DNA from: Nitrospira japonica
GTDB taxonomy: Bacteria > Nitrospirota > Thermodesulfovibrionia > Thermodesulfovibrionales > SM23-35
Direction: 5' to 3'
Length of the DNA stretch: 45,093 bases
Assembly (NCBI GenBank): GCA_020725385.1
Contig: DYFC01000029.1
Location: 1 to 45,093, forward strand
Under the pieces are notes generated by a model that saw nothing but the letters and a program-made list of their open reading frames with translations, did no database searches and had not been told where the DNA came from. Position numbers and translations under genes: made by a program. Positions within the stretch are counted from its first letter, which is position 1. The number at the start of each line of letters is the position of its first letter. Positions 19,590 through 27,793 of this stretch are shown in pieces.

Positions 19590-20384
19590 CTAAATCAATT
19601 TTCTGGCCTGTATATAAGCTGAAAATACCATATGTTCAACACCTTGCCCGAAATTCCAGCTTTTAATTATTTCATCACTCTTTTCTTTACCCCTTATTAC
19701 AATATCAGTAAAGCCAGCTTTATTGAGCAATTTTTTTAGTTCCTCAACCGGAACTGCACCTGTAATTCAGCCACTATAAGCAGCTTCATTCTGTTTTATT
19801 GATTCAGAAAATTCTCCTTTTTTAAGAATGTCTGAAATTGCGATTCTTCCTCCCGGTTTAAGTACCCTGAAGGCTTCATTGAATACAGCCTGTTTATCCA
19901 GGGAGAGATTAATTACACAATTTGAGATAATAACATCAACTGAATTATCTTCCACAGGTAGTTTCTCGATTTCTCCAAGTCTGAAATCAACATTAGTATA
20001 ACCGAGTTTTATTGCATTTTCTTTAGCCCTTTGAACCATTTCGGGTGTCATATCAACACCGATAACATATCCATTTTTACCAACTTTCATCGCTGAAAGA
20101 AAGGCATCAAATCCTGCACCACTACCAAGATCAAGAACAATTTCTCCTTCTTTAAGTTCTGCAATACCAAGTGGATTACCGCATCCAAGCCCAAGATTAG
20201 CTTCACCGAGACCGATTCTTAATTCTTCATCTGAATATCCAAGCATTTTCCCAGCTTCTTTAAGATTAATTGCATTATTATCGGGAGAACAACAGCCTGC
20301 AGATGTTGCACAACATGTGCCCTGCGAAGCAATTTCCGAGTAAGTCTTAATTACAAGTCGTTTTAGTTTAGCTTTATTATCCAT
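19590..20384 (-). CDS. arsM: Arsenite S-adenosylmethionine methyltransferase, predicted selenoprotein (264 aa, UGA=Sec at codon 206)
   Basis: 'GLGCGNP', 'LDLGSGAG', 'SNCVINL'; in-frame TGA at 19767-19769 in 'YSG*ITGA'; frame stays open for 58 aa of ArsM-like tail ('AGFTDI..SAYIQARK') to TAG at 19590. Confidence 0.85.
19738..19755 (-). promoter_or_regulatory. Candidate bacterial SECIS element
   Basis: AGUUCC-GGUUGA-GGAACU hairpin starting 11 nt after the UGA; loop begins with GG. Confidence 0.7.
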
Positions 20385-20457
20385 TGTTTAACCTTCCAAC
20401 CCCTTTAATTGTATTGCAATTCTCTGTATTCTTCTTAACATAGGGTTATCTTATCTC

Positions 20458-20548
20458 TGTCATTCCGCACTTGATGCGGAATCCAGTTTTTTATAGTTTC
20501 CTGCTTTCGTAAGGACAGCGTATAGATTCCTGCATCCACAGGAATGAT
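20458..20548. repeat. Composite palindromic repeat (REP/RPE-like) upstream of arsM
   Basis: TGTCATTCCGCActtgaTGCGGAATCCA ... TAGATTCCTGcatccaCAGGAATGA; the two ends are mutually inverted. Confidence 0.65.
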
Positions 20549-20643
20549 AACAGACAACTTAAGGTTTGATATTCGTTTCATTTCTTCTCTTTTTTGCTGC
20601 ATTATATTCATACGCTATTATAATATTTTCTTAAACACTTGTT

Positions 20644-21042
20644 TCAATATTTGTCCCTTTCAACAACAGGTTTAATGTCGAGCACCGGTGTGCCGTCAAT
20701 CATATCTATACCTCTAACAGAAATTATATTGCCTTGTATCCCTGTTACTTCAACAATAGAAAAACCTATAGCATTCGGTCTTACCGGAGAGCATGTGCTG
20801 AAAACACCCGTTTCTTTCTCTTTATGGGGAGGTTTTTGAATTAGATAACTTGAATTAAATTTCGGACTTTTATGAAAGTGAAATATCACAATTATCTGCT
20901 GACCCTTCTTTATATCTCTAAGCCCTTCCGTGTATTTTCCATCGATAATAATCTCTCCCTCTGCATCCGAGATACTCCAATGTCGTGGAATGTTCTTTTC
21001 TTTAGTTCTGATAAATCCTATTGTTTCAAATTCGATTTTCAT
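20644..21042 (-). CDS. TsaA/TrmO-like SAM-binding beta-barrel protein (short form)
   Basis: 'IGFIRT', 'GVFSTCSPVRPNAIG', 'GIDMIDGTPVLDIKP'. Confidence 0.85.
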   Translation of the reverse strand: MKIEFETIGFIRTKEKNIPRHWSISDAEGEIIIDGKYTEGLRDIKKGQQIIVIFHFHKSPKFNSSYLIQKPPHKEKETGVFSTCSPVRPNAIGFSIVEVTGIQGNIISVRGIDMIDGTPVLDIKPVVERDKY

Positions 21043-21947
21043 GTTTGACGCTGATGGCTATCATCCTCTTCCATATGAATCTGGCAGTAAAGTCCATTTG
21101 TTTCACACTCGGCACATTCGAATTGAAGTATTGTATGTTTAATGTTCATTTCTAATAAAGTATTTTCAATTGTGTTTCTTACCACTGCAACTTCGCTGAG
21201 TTTTTGATCGTGCACCAATATATGAGCTGAAAATGCAACATTTCTGTGTGAAGGAGACCAGAGATGGACATTGTGAATACCTAATACTCCGGGGGTTTCA
21301 GCAATCTTTTTTACTATGTCCTCAATATCAAAACCTTTCGGTGTCATTTCAAGAAAAATAGTGAGCGCTTCTTTGACAACTCTTATTCCACCAAATAAGA
21401 TAATAAATCCAATTATAATACTCGCTATAGGGTCAGCATATGTCCAGCCTGTAAAATAAATTATTAAACCAGACAATATTACTCCGACCGATGATAATGT
21501 ATCACCAAGCACATGCAACCATGCGCTTTTAATGTTCAGGTCAGCATGATTATGCCCTAAAATAAGTGCAATTAGTATATTGCCTGTTAAACCTATCAAG
21601 GCAATAACTATCATTGTAGAAGTCTGTATTTGAAGCGGAGAGAGAAAACGATTGTATGATTCGTAGAATATAAAAATAGCGATTATTATAAGGCTTATCG
21701 CATTTATAACTGCTGCAAGAAGCCCGATTCTCTGATAGCCAAAGGTAGCCCTCCTATCAGATGGCTTTTTACCTATACGCATGGCTATCATGCTCAGCCC
21801 GAGCGCAAAGACATCAGTTAGCATATGTCCTGCATCGCTTAAGAGTGCAAGACTTCTGCTTATTATTCCGCCGATAACCTCGGCGAATAGAATAACAAGC
21901 GTTAGAATAAAACTTAAAGCAAGACGTTTTTCAAGAGGTATTTTCAT
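21039..21947 (-). CDS. Cation diffusion facilitator (CzcD/ZitB-like)
   Basis: 'SLALLSDAGHMLTD', 'AWLHVLGD', 'ADP'. Confidence 0.92.
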   Translation of the reverse strand: MKIPLEKRLALSFILTLVILFAEVIGGIISRSLALLSDAGHMLTDVFALGLSMIAMRIGKKPSDRRATFGYQRIGLLAAVINAISLIIIAIFIFYESYNRFLSPLQIQTSTMIVIALIGLTGNILIALILGHNHADLNIKSAWLHVLGDTLSSVGVILSGLIIYFTGWTYADPIASIIIGFIILFGGIRVVKEALTIFLEMTPKGFDIEDIVKKIAETPGVLGIHNVHLWSPSHRNVAFSAHILVHDQKLSEVAVVRNTIENTLLEMNIKHTILQFECAECETNGLYCQIHMEEDDSHQRQT

Positions 21948-22218
21948 TTTTTATATTTATTATTTCACGGGAAATTGAATCTATATCATATGTAACATAC
22001 TCAGAAATATATTTCTTTTCTTGGCAGTAACTTATTATTTTGTTCATCAAATAAATAAGTTCGTCTTTGAGTGTTGAAACCTCGCCCATGCCATCACAGC
22101 CCTTTTGCCTTTGTTTTGCAATTAAGTAAAGTTCGGCATATTCCTTCACCCTTTCAAATAACTTTGCGAGTTCTAAATCGCTATTTATTAATTGGTTGAT
22201 AGTTCCAAGAAAATTCAT
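21931..22218 (-). CDS. Hypothetical helical protein (95 aa)
   Basis: Tightly packed between the arsG-like and CDF genes; 'KGCDGMGE'. Confidence 0.6.
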   Translation of the reverse strand: MNFLGTINQLINSDLELAKLFERVKEYAELYLIAKQRQKGCDGMGEVSTLKDELIYLMNKIISYCQEKKYISEYVTYDIDSISREIINIKNENTS

Positions 22219-22220
22219 CT

Positions 22221-22904
22221 TTAGAAAATTACGAATACATAAACAAGGACATAATAAATTCCAACCAATATAAAAACTACCCCGGTTATCTTTTTTGTAT
22301 AAAATTCAATTCTTGTAATATTGTAATAGAACTTATTAACATAATTAGTGCTTAATGCAATAAGAAAAGCGAAAACGAGAACAGGCAATCCTGTTCCAAG
22401 TCCATAAATCATGGGTAATATAATGCCCGATTTCGCTTTTAATGCAAGAGGGATTAACCCTCCAAAGAAAAGTGCTGCTGAAACAGGACAAAACGCAAGA
22501 GCAAATAAAATACCCAGTGGTAATGCTCCAATTAATCCTTTCTCCATAAATTTATTTGTGACATTTGCTGAAACAGAAGGTAATGATAATGTCATTCTGA
22601 TAAGGTCAAGCAGAACCATACCTACAAAAATTAAAATAATCCCGAGAAATTTGTTAACGTATCTCTGGAGAAAATCCGAGATAACAGGAATATCTATGAG
22701 AGCCTTTACAATAAGAATTCCAAGAGTAATATATGTGATACTTCTTCCAATGGCGTAGAAAATGCCGGATAAAAAAACAATCTTTTTTTGTGTAATATTT
22801 TGTGAAACAAAAGATATTGCAGCAATATTGGTAGCCAATGGACACGGACTTACTGATGTTAGTATTCCAAGCCAGATAGATGAAGAGATTAATAAAAATT
22901 CCAT
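22221..22904 (-). CDS. CcdA/DsbD-like membrane protein (ArsG family)
   Basis: About 6 TM helices; 'SPCPLATN' and 'AFCPVS' Cys motifs. Confidence 0.8.
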   Translation of the reverse strand: MEFLLISSSIWLGILTSVSPCPLATNIAAISFVSQNITQKKIVFLSGIFYAIGRSITYITLGILIVKALIDIPVISDFLQRYVNKFLGIILIFVGMVLLDLIRMTLSLPSVSANVTNKFMEKGLIGALPLGILFALAFCPVSAALFFGGLIPLALKAKSGIILPMIYGLGTGLPVLVFAFLIALSTNYVNKFYYNITRIEFYTKKITGVVFILVGIYYVLVYVFVIF

Positions 22905-22907
22905 TAT

Positions 22908-23474
22908 TTAAGTTTCCTTTAAGAAATTCTCTACTTCATCCTTAACATATTTAAAAAATTTATTTTTATCCCTGTAATATTTCCAGACATCGGGCAACAC
23001 CTTCCATTTAACTTCTTTATCTTTATTGACAAGAGACAATACAAGCGACCTGGTAAATAATTGATAATCCTGTATAAAGTGCCGGCTTTCAGGGTCCTCA
23101 ACATTTATTGATTTAAATTCAAGTTTCCCTTTTTTTAATTCCTCTGAAAAGAAATATTCAATAGCTTCTTTTGAATATTTTTCAATTGTTCTACAGGTTA
23201 TACACCTATATGTTCCATGAAAATAGTAAGCAATTACATGTAATTTTTCTGATTTAGAAATGTTAGCAGATGAAGAAGGGACTTCTTTCTTTTCAGGTTC
23301 TGTTTTGCTGGATGTTTGAACTTTCTCTAAAGTATTTGAAACTCTATTATTAACTTCTGCAATAGCAGTTGTATTTTCGATTGTCTTAGGAGTAAATTCT
23401 TTATAAATAAGAACAGCAAAACTTAATGCTATAAAAATAAAGAGAAATATTTTGATTATTTTTTTTAAGCTCAC
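22908..23474 (-). CDS. Membrane-anchored thioredoxin-fold protein (ArsF family)
   Basis: N-terminal TM; 'YYFHGTYRCITCRTIE'. Confidence 0.75.
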   Translation of the reverse strand: MSLKKIIKIFLFIFIALSFAVLIYKEFTPKTIENTTAIAEVNNRVSNTLEKVQTSSKTEPEKKEVPSSSANISKSEKLHVIAYYFHGTYRCITCRTIEKYSKEAIEYFFSEELKKGKLEFKSINVEDPESRHFIQDYQLFTRSLVLSLVNKDKEVKWKVLPDVWKYYRDKNKFFKYVKDEVENFLKET

Positions 23475-23531
23475 TTAAAATCTCCTTTTGAAATAAATAG
23501 TTTTAAACTCACCATCACTATTACTTTATGG

Positions 23532-24704
23532 CTAATCTGCTATATAACCAAAAATTAATCCTGAAATTGTTGCCATAATTATTACAAGACTTACAAAAAC
23601 AACTGTTTTTCTTGTTCCCATTGCTCGTCTAATGACAAGCATATTTGGCAGACTCAGAGCAGGTCCTGCAAGAAGTAAAGCCAGAGCGGGTCCTTTACCC
23701 ATTCCTGAACCAATTAATCCTTGAAGAATTGGAACTTCTGTTAAAGTTGCAAAATACATGAATGCGCCTACAAATGAAGAGAAAAAATTAGCAAAAAAGG
23801 AATTCCCGCCAACTAAAGTGCTGATATATTTTGAAGGTATAATACCTTCATATCCTACTCTTCCAAGAAGAAATCCTGCTGCGATTACGCCTCCCAGAAG
23901 AAGTGGCAATATCTGCAAAGCCAATATCCATGACTGCTGTGTCCACTCCCTTAGTTCATCTTTTTTAAACCACTTGATAAGCATTATTGCCAAAGAAATT
24001 GAGAAAAATCCAGTAATCCACCATTTGTAGTGATAGATGAGCCACCAGAGATTATGGCTTTCCTCCGGAGGTCTACCCCAGTTTGCAAAGACAAGAATTG
24101 CAACCATAGAAAAAAAATAAGGAATAGTTTTCTTAAGAGAACGTTCGCCCTGCATATTGCTAAAATCAAATTCCTCTCCAGCATGACGCTCTCTTTCTTC
24201 TTTGATAAAAATAAAATGCATAAGTAAACCAATAACAACACTGAATAAGACCGCTCCAACAGCTCTTGCCAATCCCAATTCCCATCCAAGTATTCTTGCC
24301 GTAAGAATTATTGCAAGCACATTAATGGCAGGGCCTGAATATAAGAATGTAATTGCTGGCCCCAGACCGGCGCCTCTTTGATATATGCCCATAAATAAAG
24401 GAAGGATTGTACATGAGCAGACCGCAAGAATTGAACCCGAAACAGAGGCTACAGTATAAGATAGAAACTTATTTGCCTTTGCACCAAAGTATTTCATAAC
24501 CGAGGCCTGGCTGACAAATACAACAATCGCACCTGCAATAAAAAAAGCAGGCACAAGGCAAAGCAAAACATGCTCTCTTGCATACCACTTTGTCAATGCA
24601 AGCGCTTCATTTACTGCATTGGTAAATCGTGCATTCTCAATAGGAAGAAAATAGCAAACAATAAATACTCCAAGTACAATTAAAAACTTATACCGCTCTT
24701 TCAT
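23532..24704 (-). CDS. arsP: DUF318/ArsP family permease
   Basis: 'LAVCSCTILP', 'FLYSGPAIN', 'MYFATLTEVP', 'AGPALSLP'. Confidence 0.8.
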   Translation of the reverse strand: MKERYKFLIVLGVFIVCYFLPIENARFTNAVNEALALTKWYAREHVLLCLVPAFFIAGAIVVFVSQASVMKYFGAKANKFLSYTVASVSGSILAVCSCTILPLFMGIYQRGAGLGPAITFLYSGPAINVLAIILTARILGWELGLARAVGAVLFSVVIGLLMHFIFIKEERERHAGEEFDFSNMQGERSLKKTIPYFFSMVAILVFANWGRPPEESHNLWWLIYHYKWWITGFFSISLAIMLIKWFKKDELREWTQQSWILALQILPLLLGGVIAAGFLLGRVGYEGIIPSKYISTLVGGNSFFANFFSSFVGAFMYFATLTEVPILQGLIGSGMGKGPALALLLAGPALSLPNMLVIRRAMGTRKTVVFVSLVIIMATISGLIFGYIAD

Positions 24705-25039
24705 TCTTTTCCAATCTTTAATTTGTATTTTTCTAAAAAATAATCAGCCCAGTCAGACTCGTTTCTTTGTATTGCAGCATTGTAAAGAATTTCTGCAGAA
24801 TCCTGTTTGAATTTAGTAACCATTTCTTCTCCCAGATTATACTTTTTAGTTATTTCAGCAACCTTCTCAATATAATTCTCGAGAATTTTATCAAGGTTCT
24901 CAAATGAACAAACATAATTGTTCTCACTGTCATGCATACAACAAAACATTCTTGAAAAAGGCTTTATTTTTATTTGTCGCCTAAGTTCATCAATTTCTTT
25001 TAGTGCGTCCTCTTTTGTTTTTAATAGATTTTCTTTCAT
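24701..25039 (-). CDS. Hypothetical protein with vicinal Cys pair (112 aa)
   Basis: ATGA-coupled to both acr3 and arsP; 'MFCCMHD..YVC'. Confidence 0.65.
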   Translation of the reverse strand: MKENLLKTKEDALKEIDELRRQIKIKPFSRMFCCMHDSENNYVCSFENLDKILENYIEKVAEITKKYNLGEEMVTKFKQDSAEILYNAAIQRNESDWADYFLEKYKLKIGKE

Positions 25040-26112
25040 AGTGGATTTGCTCCTTTAATTTTGCAGAATTCCGGAGAGTAATATTTTCTCTGGAAATACA
25101 ATGCTACATTCACAAGACCTATTAATACAGGTACTTCAACAAGCGGACCAATAACAGTTGCAAAAGCTGCTCCTGAATTTATACCGAAAACAGCTACAGC
25201 AACAGCAATAGCAAGTTCAAAATCATTGGAAGCTGCTGTAAAACTCAATGTGGCTGATTTCGGATAATCGGCACCGATCTTTTTTGCGATATAAAATGTT
25301 ATTAAAAACATGAAAACAAAATATATGAACATTGGAATAGCAACTCTTAAGACATCAAAAGGAAGTTTGATAATATATTCCCCTTTGAGTGAAAACATTA
25401 CAATTATGGTAAAAAGAAGCGCCACAAGTGTTACAGGACTTATCTTAGGAATAAATTTTTCATGGTACCATTTTTTCCCTTTTGATTTTACAAGCGTAAA
25501 ACGGGTGATTACACCGCCAATAAAAGGTATTCCGAGATAGATAAAAACGCTTTTTGCTATTTCGCCAATTGTAACATCAACAACCGCTCCATGTAATCCA
25601 AGTAAAGGCGGTAGTTTTGTTACAAATATCCATGCATAAACAGAATACGTTAAAACCTGAAATAAAGCATTAAAAGCAACAAGTCCTGCAACATAATCAG
25701 GGTCACCGCAGGCAAGATCATTCCAGACAAGCACCATTGCAATACAACGCGCAAGTCCAACAAGAATTACACCTACCATATAGTCAGGATAATTGTGCAA
25801 AAATATTATTGCCAAAAGAAACATTACAATTGGGCCAACTATCCAGTTTTGAATAAGGCTTACAGAGAGTATCTTATAATTGCTAAATACTCTGGGAAGT
25901 TCTTCGTACCTTACCTTTGCCAGTGGTGGATACATCATTAGGATTAATCCAATTGCAATAGGTATGTTTGTAGTACCAACCTGAAAAATATTCCAGAACT
26001 CTGTAATCTTTGGATAAAAATAACCCGAACCAACACCAATAGCCATTGCAAGAAATATCCATAAAGTAAGAAATCTATCCAGAAAAGATAATCTTTTAAC
26101 CACATCAGCCAT
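25036..26112 (-). CDS. acr3: Acr3 arsenite efflux transporter
   Basis: '[12 protein letters not shown]', 'GLARCIAMV', 'FELAIAVA', 'GPLVEVP'. Confidence 0.95.
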   Translation of the reverse strand: MADVVKRLSFLDRFLTLWIFLAMAIGVGSGYFYPKITEFWNIFQVGTTNIPIAIGLILMMYPPLAKVRYEELPRVFSNYKILSVSLIQNWIVGPIVMFLLAIIFLHNYPDYMVGVILVGLARCIAMVLVWNDLACGDPDYVAGLVAFNALFQVLTYSVYAWIFVTKLPPLLGLHGAVVDVTIGEIAKSVFIYLGIPFIGGVITRFTLVKSKGKKWYHEKFIPKISPVTLVALLFTIIVMFSLKGEYIIKLPFDVLRVAIPMFIYFVFMFLITFYIAKKIGADYPKSATLSFTAASNDFELAIAVAVAVFGINSGAAFATVIGPLVEVPVLIGLVNVALYFQRKYYSPEFCKIKGANPL

Positions 26113-26144
26113 TTGAACCTCCGTTACTAAGAATATCCGGTTAT

Positions 26145-26522
26145 CTAACTTTCACAACATAACGCTTCAAGCGTTCGGCATTTGATGCCGGATTTTTGAT
26201 TTTTTACCTTTAAAAATTCTTTTAGTCTAATAATGTCTTCTTTTACAGATTCTTCAGAAATTCTCTCTAATGCTGAAAGTAAAAGAAATCTTCTGAAGAA
26301 ATCAGAATCATCGATCTTGTAATGAACCCATTTGCCCTGTTTTCTATCCTTAATAAGCCCTGCTTCTTTAAGAATAGATAGATGAAAGGAAACCTTTGGT
26401 TGAATCATATTTAAGGCTGTAACTAAATCACAAACGCATAACTCACCATTCTCAAGTAATTTAAGAATTTTCAGACGGGTTACATCCGATAAGGCTTTAA
26501 ATATATTAAGTATCTCATCCAC
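26145..26522 (-). CDS. arsR: ArsR/SmtB family repressor
   Basis: 'FKALSD..RLKIL', 'ELCVCDL', 'VSFHL'; C-terminal 'C..CC'. Confidence 0.92.
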   Translation of the reverse strand: MDEILNIFKALSDVTRLKILKLLENGELCVCDLVTALNMIQPKVSFHLSILKEAGLIKDRKQGKWVHYKIDDSDFFRRFLLLSALERISEESVKEDIIRLKEFLKVKNQKSGIKCRTLEALCCES

Positions 26523-26524
26523 AA

Positions 26525-26764
26525 TTAAACCTCTTCTTTGATTAAAGATTTTACTTTTTCAAGAGAAGGTAAAGGTTTTCCGGAATGTTTCAGTTTCCCG
26601 TTAACCATTAATCCCGGAGTTGATTTTGTGTGTTTCATAATTTCAAAAATATCCGTGACTTTTGTGATTGTTGCATCAATACCGAGTTCTGAAACAGCTT
26701 TTTTTGCAAGTTCTTCCATAGCATGACAATTCGGACAACCAGGACCTAATACTTTAATTTCCAT
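26525..26764 (-). CDS. Small redox-active disulfide (thioredoxin-like) protein
   Basis: 'IKVLGPGCPNC', 'TPGLMVNG'; GGAGG RBS. Confidence 0.9.
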   Translation of the reverse strand: MEIKVLGPGCPNCHAMEELAKKAVSELGIDATITKVTDIFEIMKHTKSTPGLMVNGKLKHSGKPLPSLEKVKSLIKEEV

Positions 26765-26936
26765 AAGTACCTCCTAAAAGAAAGACAAATTTTTGAATTA
26801 AAAAATTCCCATAAAATTATTTTGATAAATTAATATTAAAGATATTCTTAATTTGCATTCTTTTTTAGACTATTTATTTAAATATTATTAACAATTGTAG
26901 TTATAATATATGGATGAATTTATATAGTATTGTTTT

Positions 26937-26966
26937 AATATATAAATTAATTTTTATATATGTCAA
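26937..26966 (-). promoter_or_regulatory. Sigma70 promoter of the ars operon with a palindromic operator in the spacer
   Basis: TTGACA-18 nt-TATATT; TATATAAA-ttaatt-TTTATATA at 26939-26960. Confidence 0.55.
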
Positions 26967-27023
26967 GGTCTAAATTAAGAACCGTTGACACAAATCGCAA
27001 CTGCTTAAATTTTAATATTATCG

Positions 27024-27605
27024 CTATTGTTTTACGCTATTGATTTTTCGAGGTGTGATTATCTTTTTATTCATGATAGATTCGAGTTTCGGAAGTAGTG
27101 AATGTTTATCCGCAAGAAGTTTCAGACTTTTTAAATCAGCCTGTTTCATTAATGAAATAATATCTATTTGATCCTGCATACTGAATGGTAGTAGTTTTAG
27201 AAGGATAAGAAATTCGGGAGTGGCAACTTTCACAATTTTGCCGAATATTTTAGTAGGGACAGCTTTCTCAACCGCTTCTAACGCTAGTTCAAATCCTTTT
27301 GAGCTGATAACATCGACCTCCATTTGACCTTCCATAAAAGAAAGTTTTTCCTGTATGGTTGGTTTCCTGCTTCCCTTTTGTACAGCAACTTTTTTATGAA
27401 GTCGTGTTTCTATTAGTGAAGATATATCTTTCCATGTTATTTCAGGAGAAATTACAACAATAAGATCAATGTCTTTAGTAGTTCGAGGTTCAACCCATGC
27501 TGAGAGAGCAAGTCCTCCAATTAATGCATAATCCTTTATTAAGTTTTCTTTTTTTAGTTCGTTAAAAAAAGCAATGGTTTTTTTAAAGGATTGAATGATT
27601 GACAT
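27024..27605 (-). CDS. Pol-beta superfamily nucleotidyltransferase (AbiEii/MenT-like)
   Basis: 'YALIGGLAL', 'PRTTKDIDL', 'ATPEFLILLKL', 'DQIDI'. Confidence 0.75.
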   Translation of the reverse strand: MSIIQSFKKTIAFFNELKKENLIKDYALIGGLALSAWVEPRTTKDIDLIVVISPEITWKDISSLIETRLHKKVAVQKGSRKPTIQEKLSFMEGQMEVDVISSKGFELALEAVEKAVPTKIFGKIVKVATPEFLILLKLLPFSMQDQIDIISLMKQADLKSLKLLADKHSLLPKLESIMNKKIITPRKINSVKQ

Positions 27606-27715
27606 TATTTTTTCTTTATTGCTTTTTTAACAGACTGTTTGAGGATTAGAGAAAGCTCAAGCAGTTCCAGAGCTATTTCAATATTTTTTCCGCTCGGTTT
27701 TTTAATCTTTTTCAT
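27605..27715 (-). CDS. Unannotated 36-aa basic helical peptide, putative partner of the nucleotidyltransferase
   Basis: MKKIKKPSGKNIEIALELLELSLILKQSVKKAIKKK; TAATG stop/start overlap with the NTase. Confidence 0.55.
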   Translation of the reverse strand: MKKIKKPSGKNIEIALELLELSLILKQSVKKAIKKK

Positions 27716-27793
27716 GATTTTATAAAATCGAATAAGAAATTCCTTTTTATCTTCAGGCGTTCTACCAGCTTTTTATGTATATATTGTAACAAT

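Noticed and set aside
19767-20384. arsM as a truncated 205-aa pseudogene
   Set aside because: The UGA sits at a conserved Cys position, the downstream frame is intact and ArsM-like, and a SECIS-like hairpin is correctly spaced.
19400-27790. ars island as a discrete mobile element
   Set aside because: No integrase, transposase, tRNA target or flanking direct repeats were seen.
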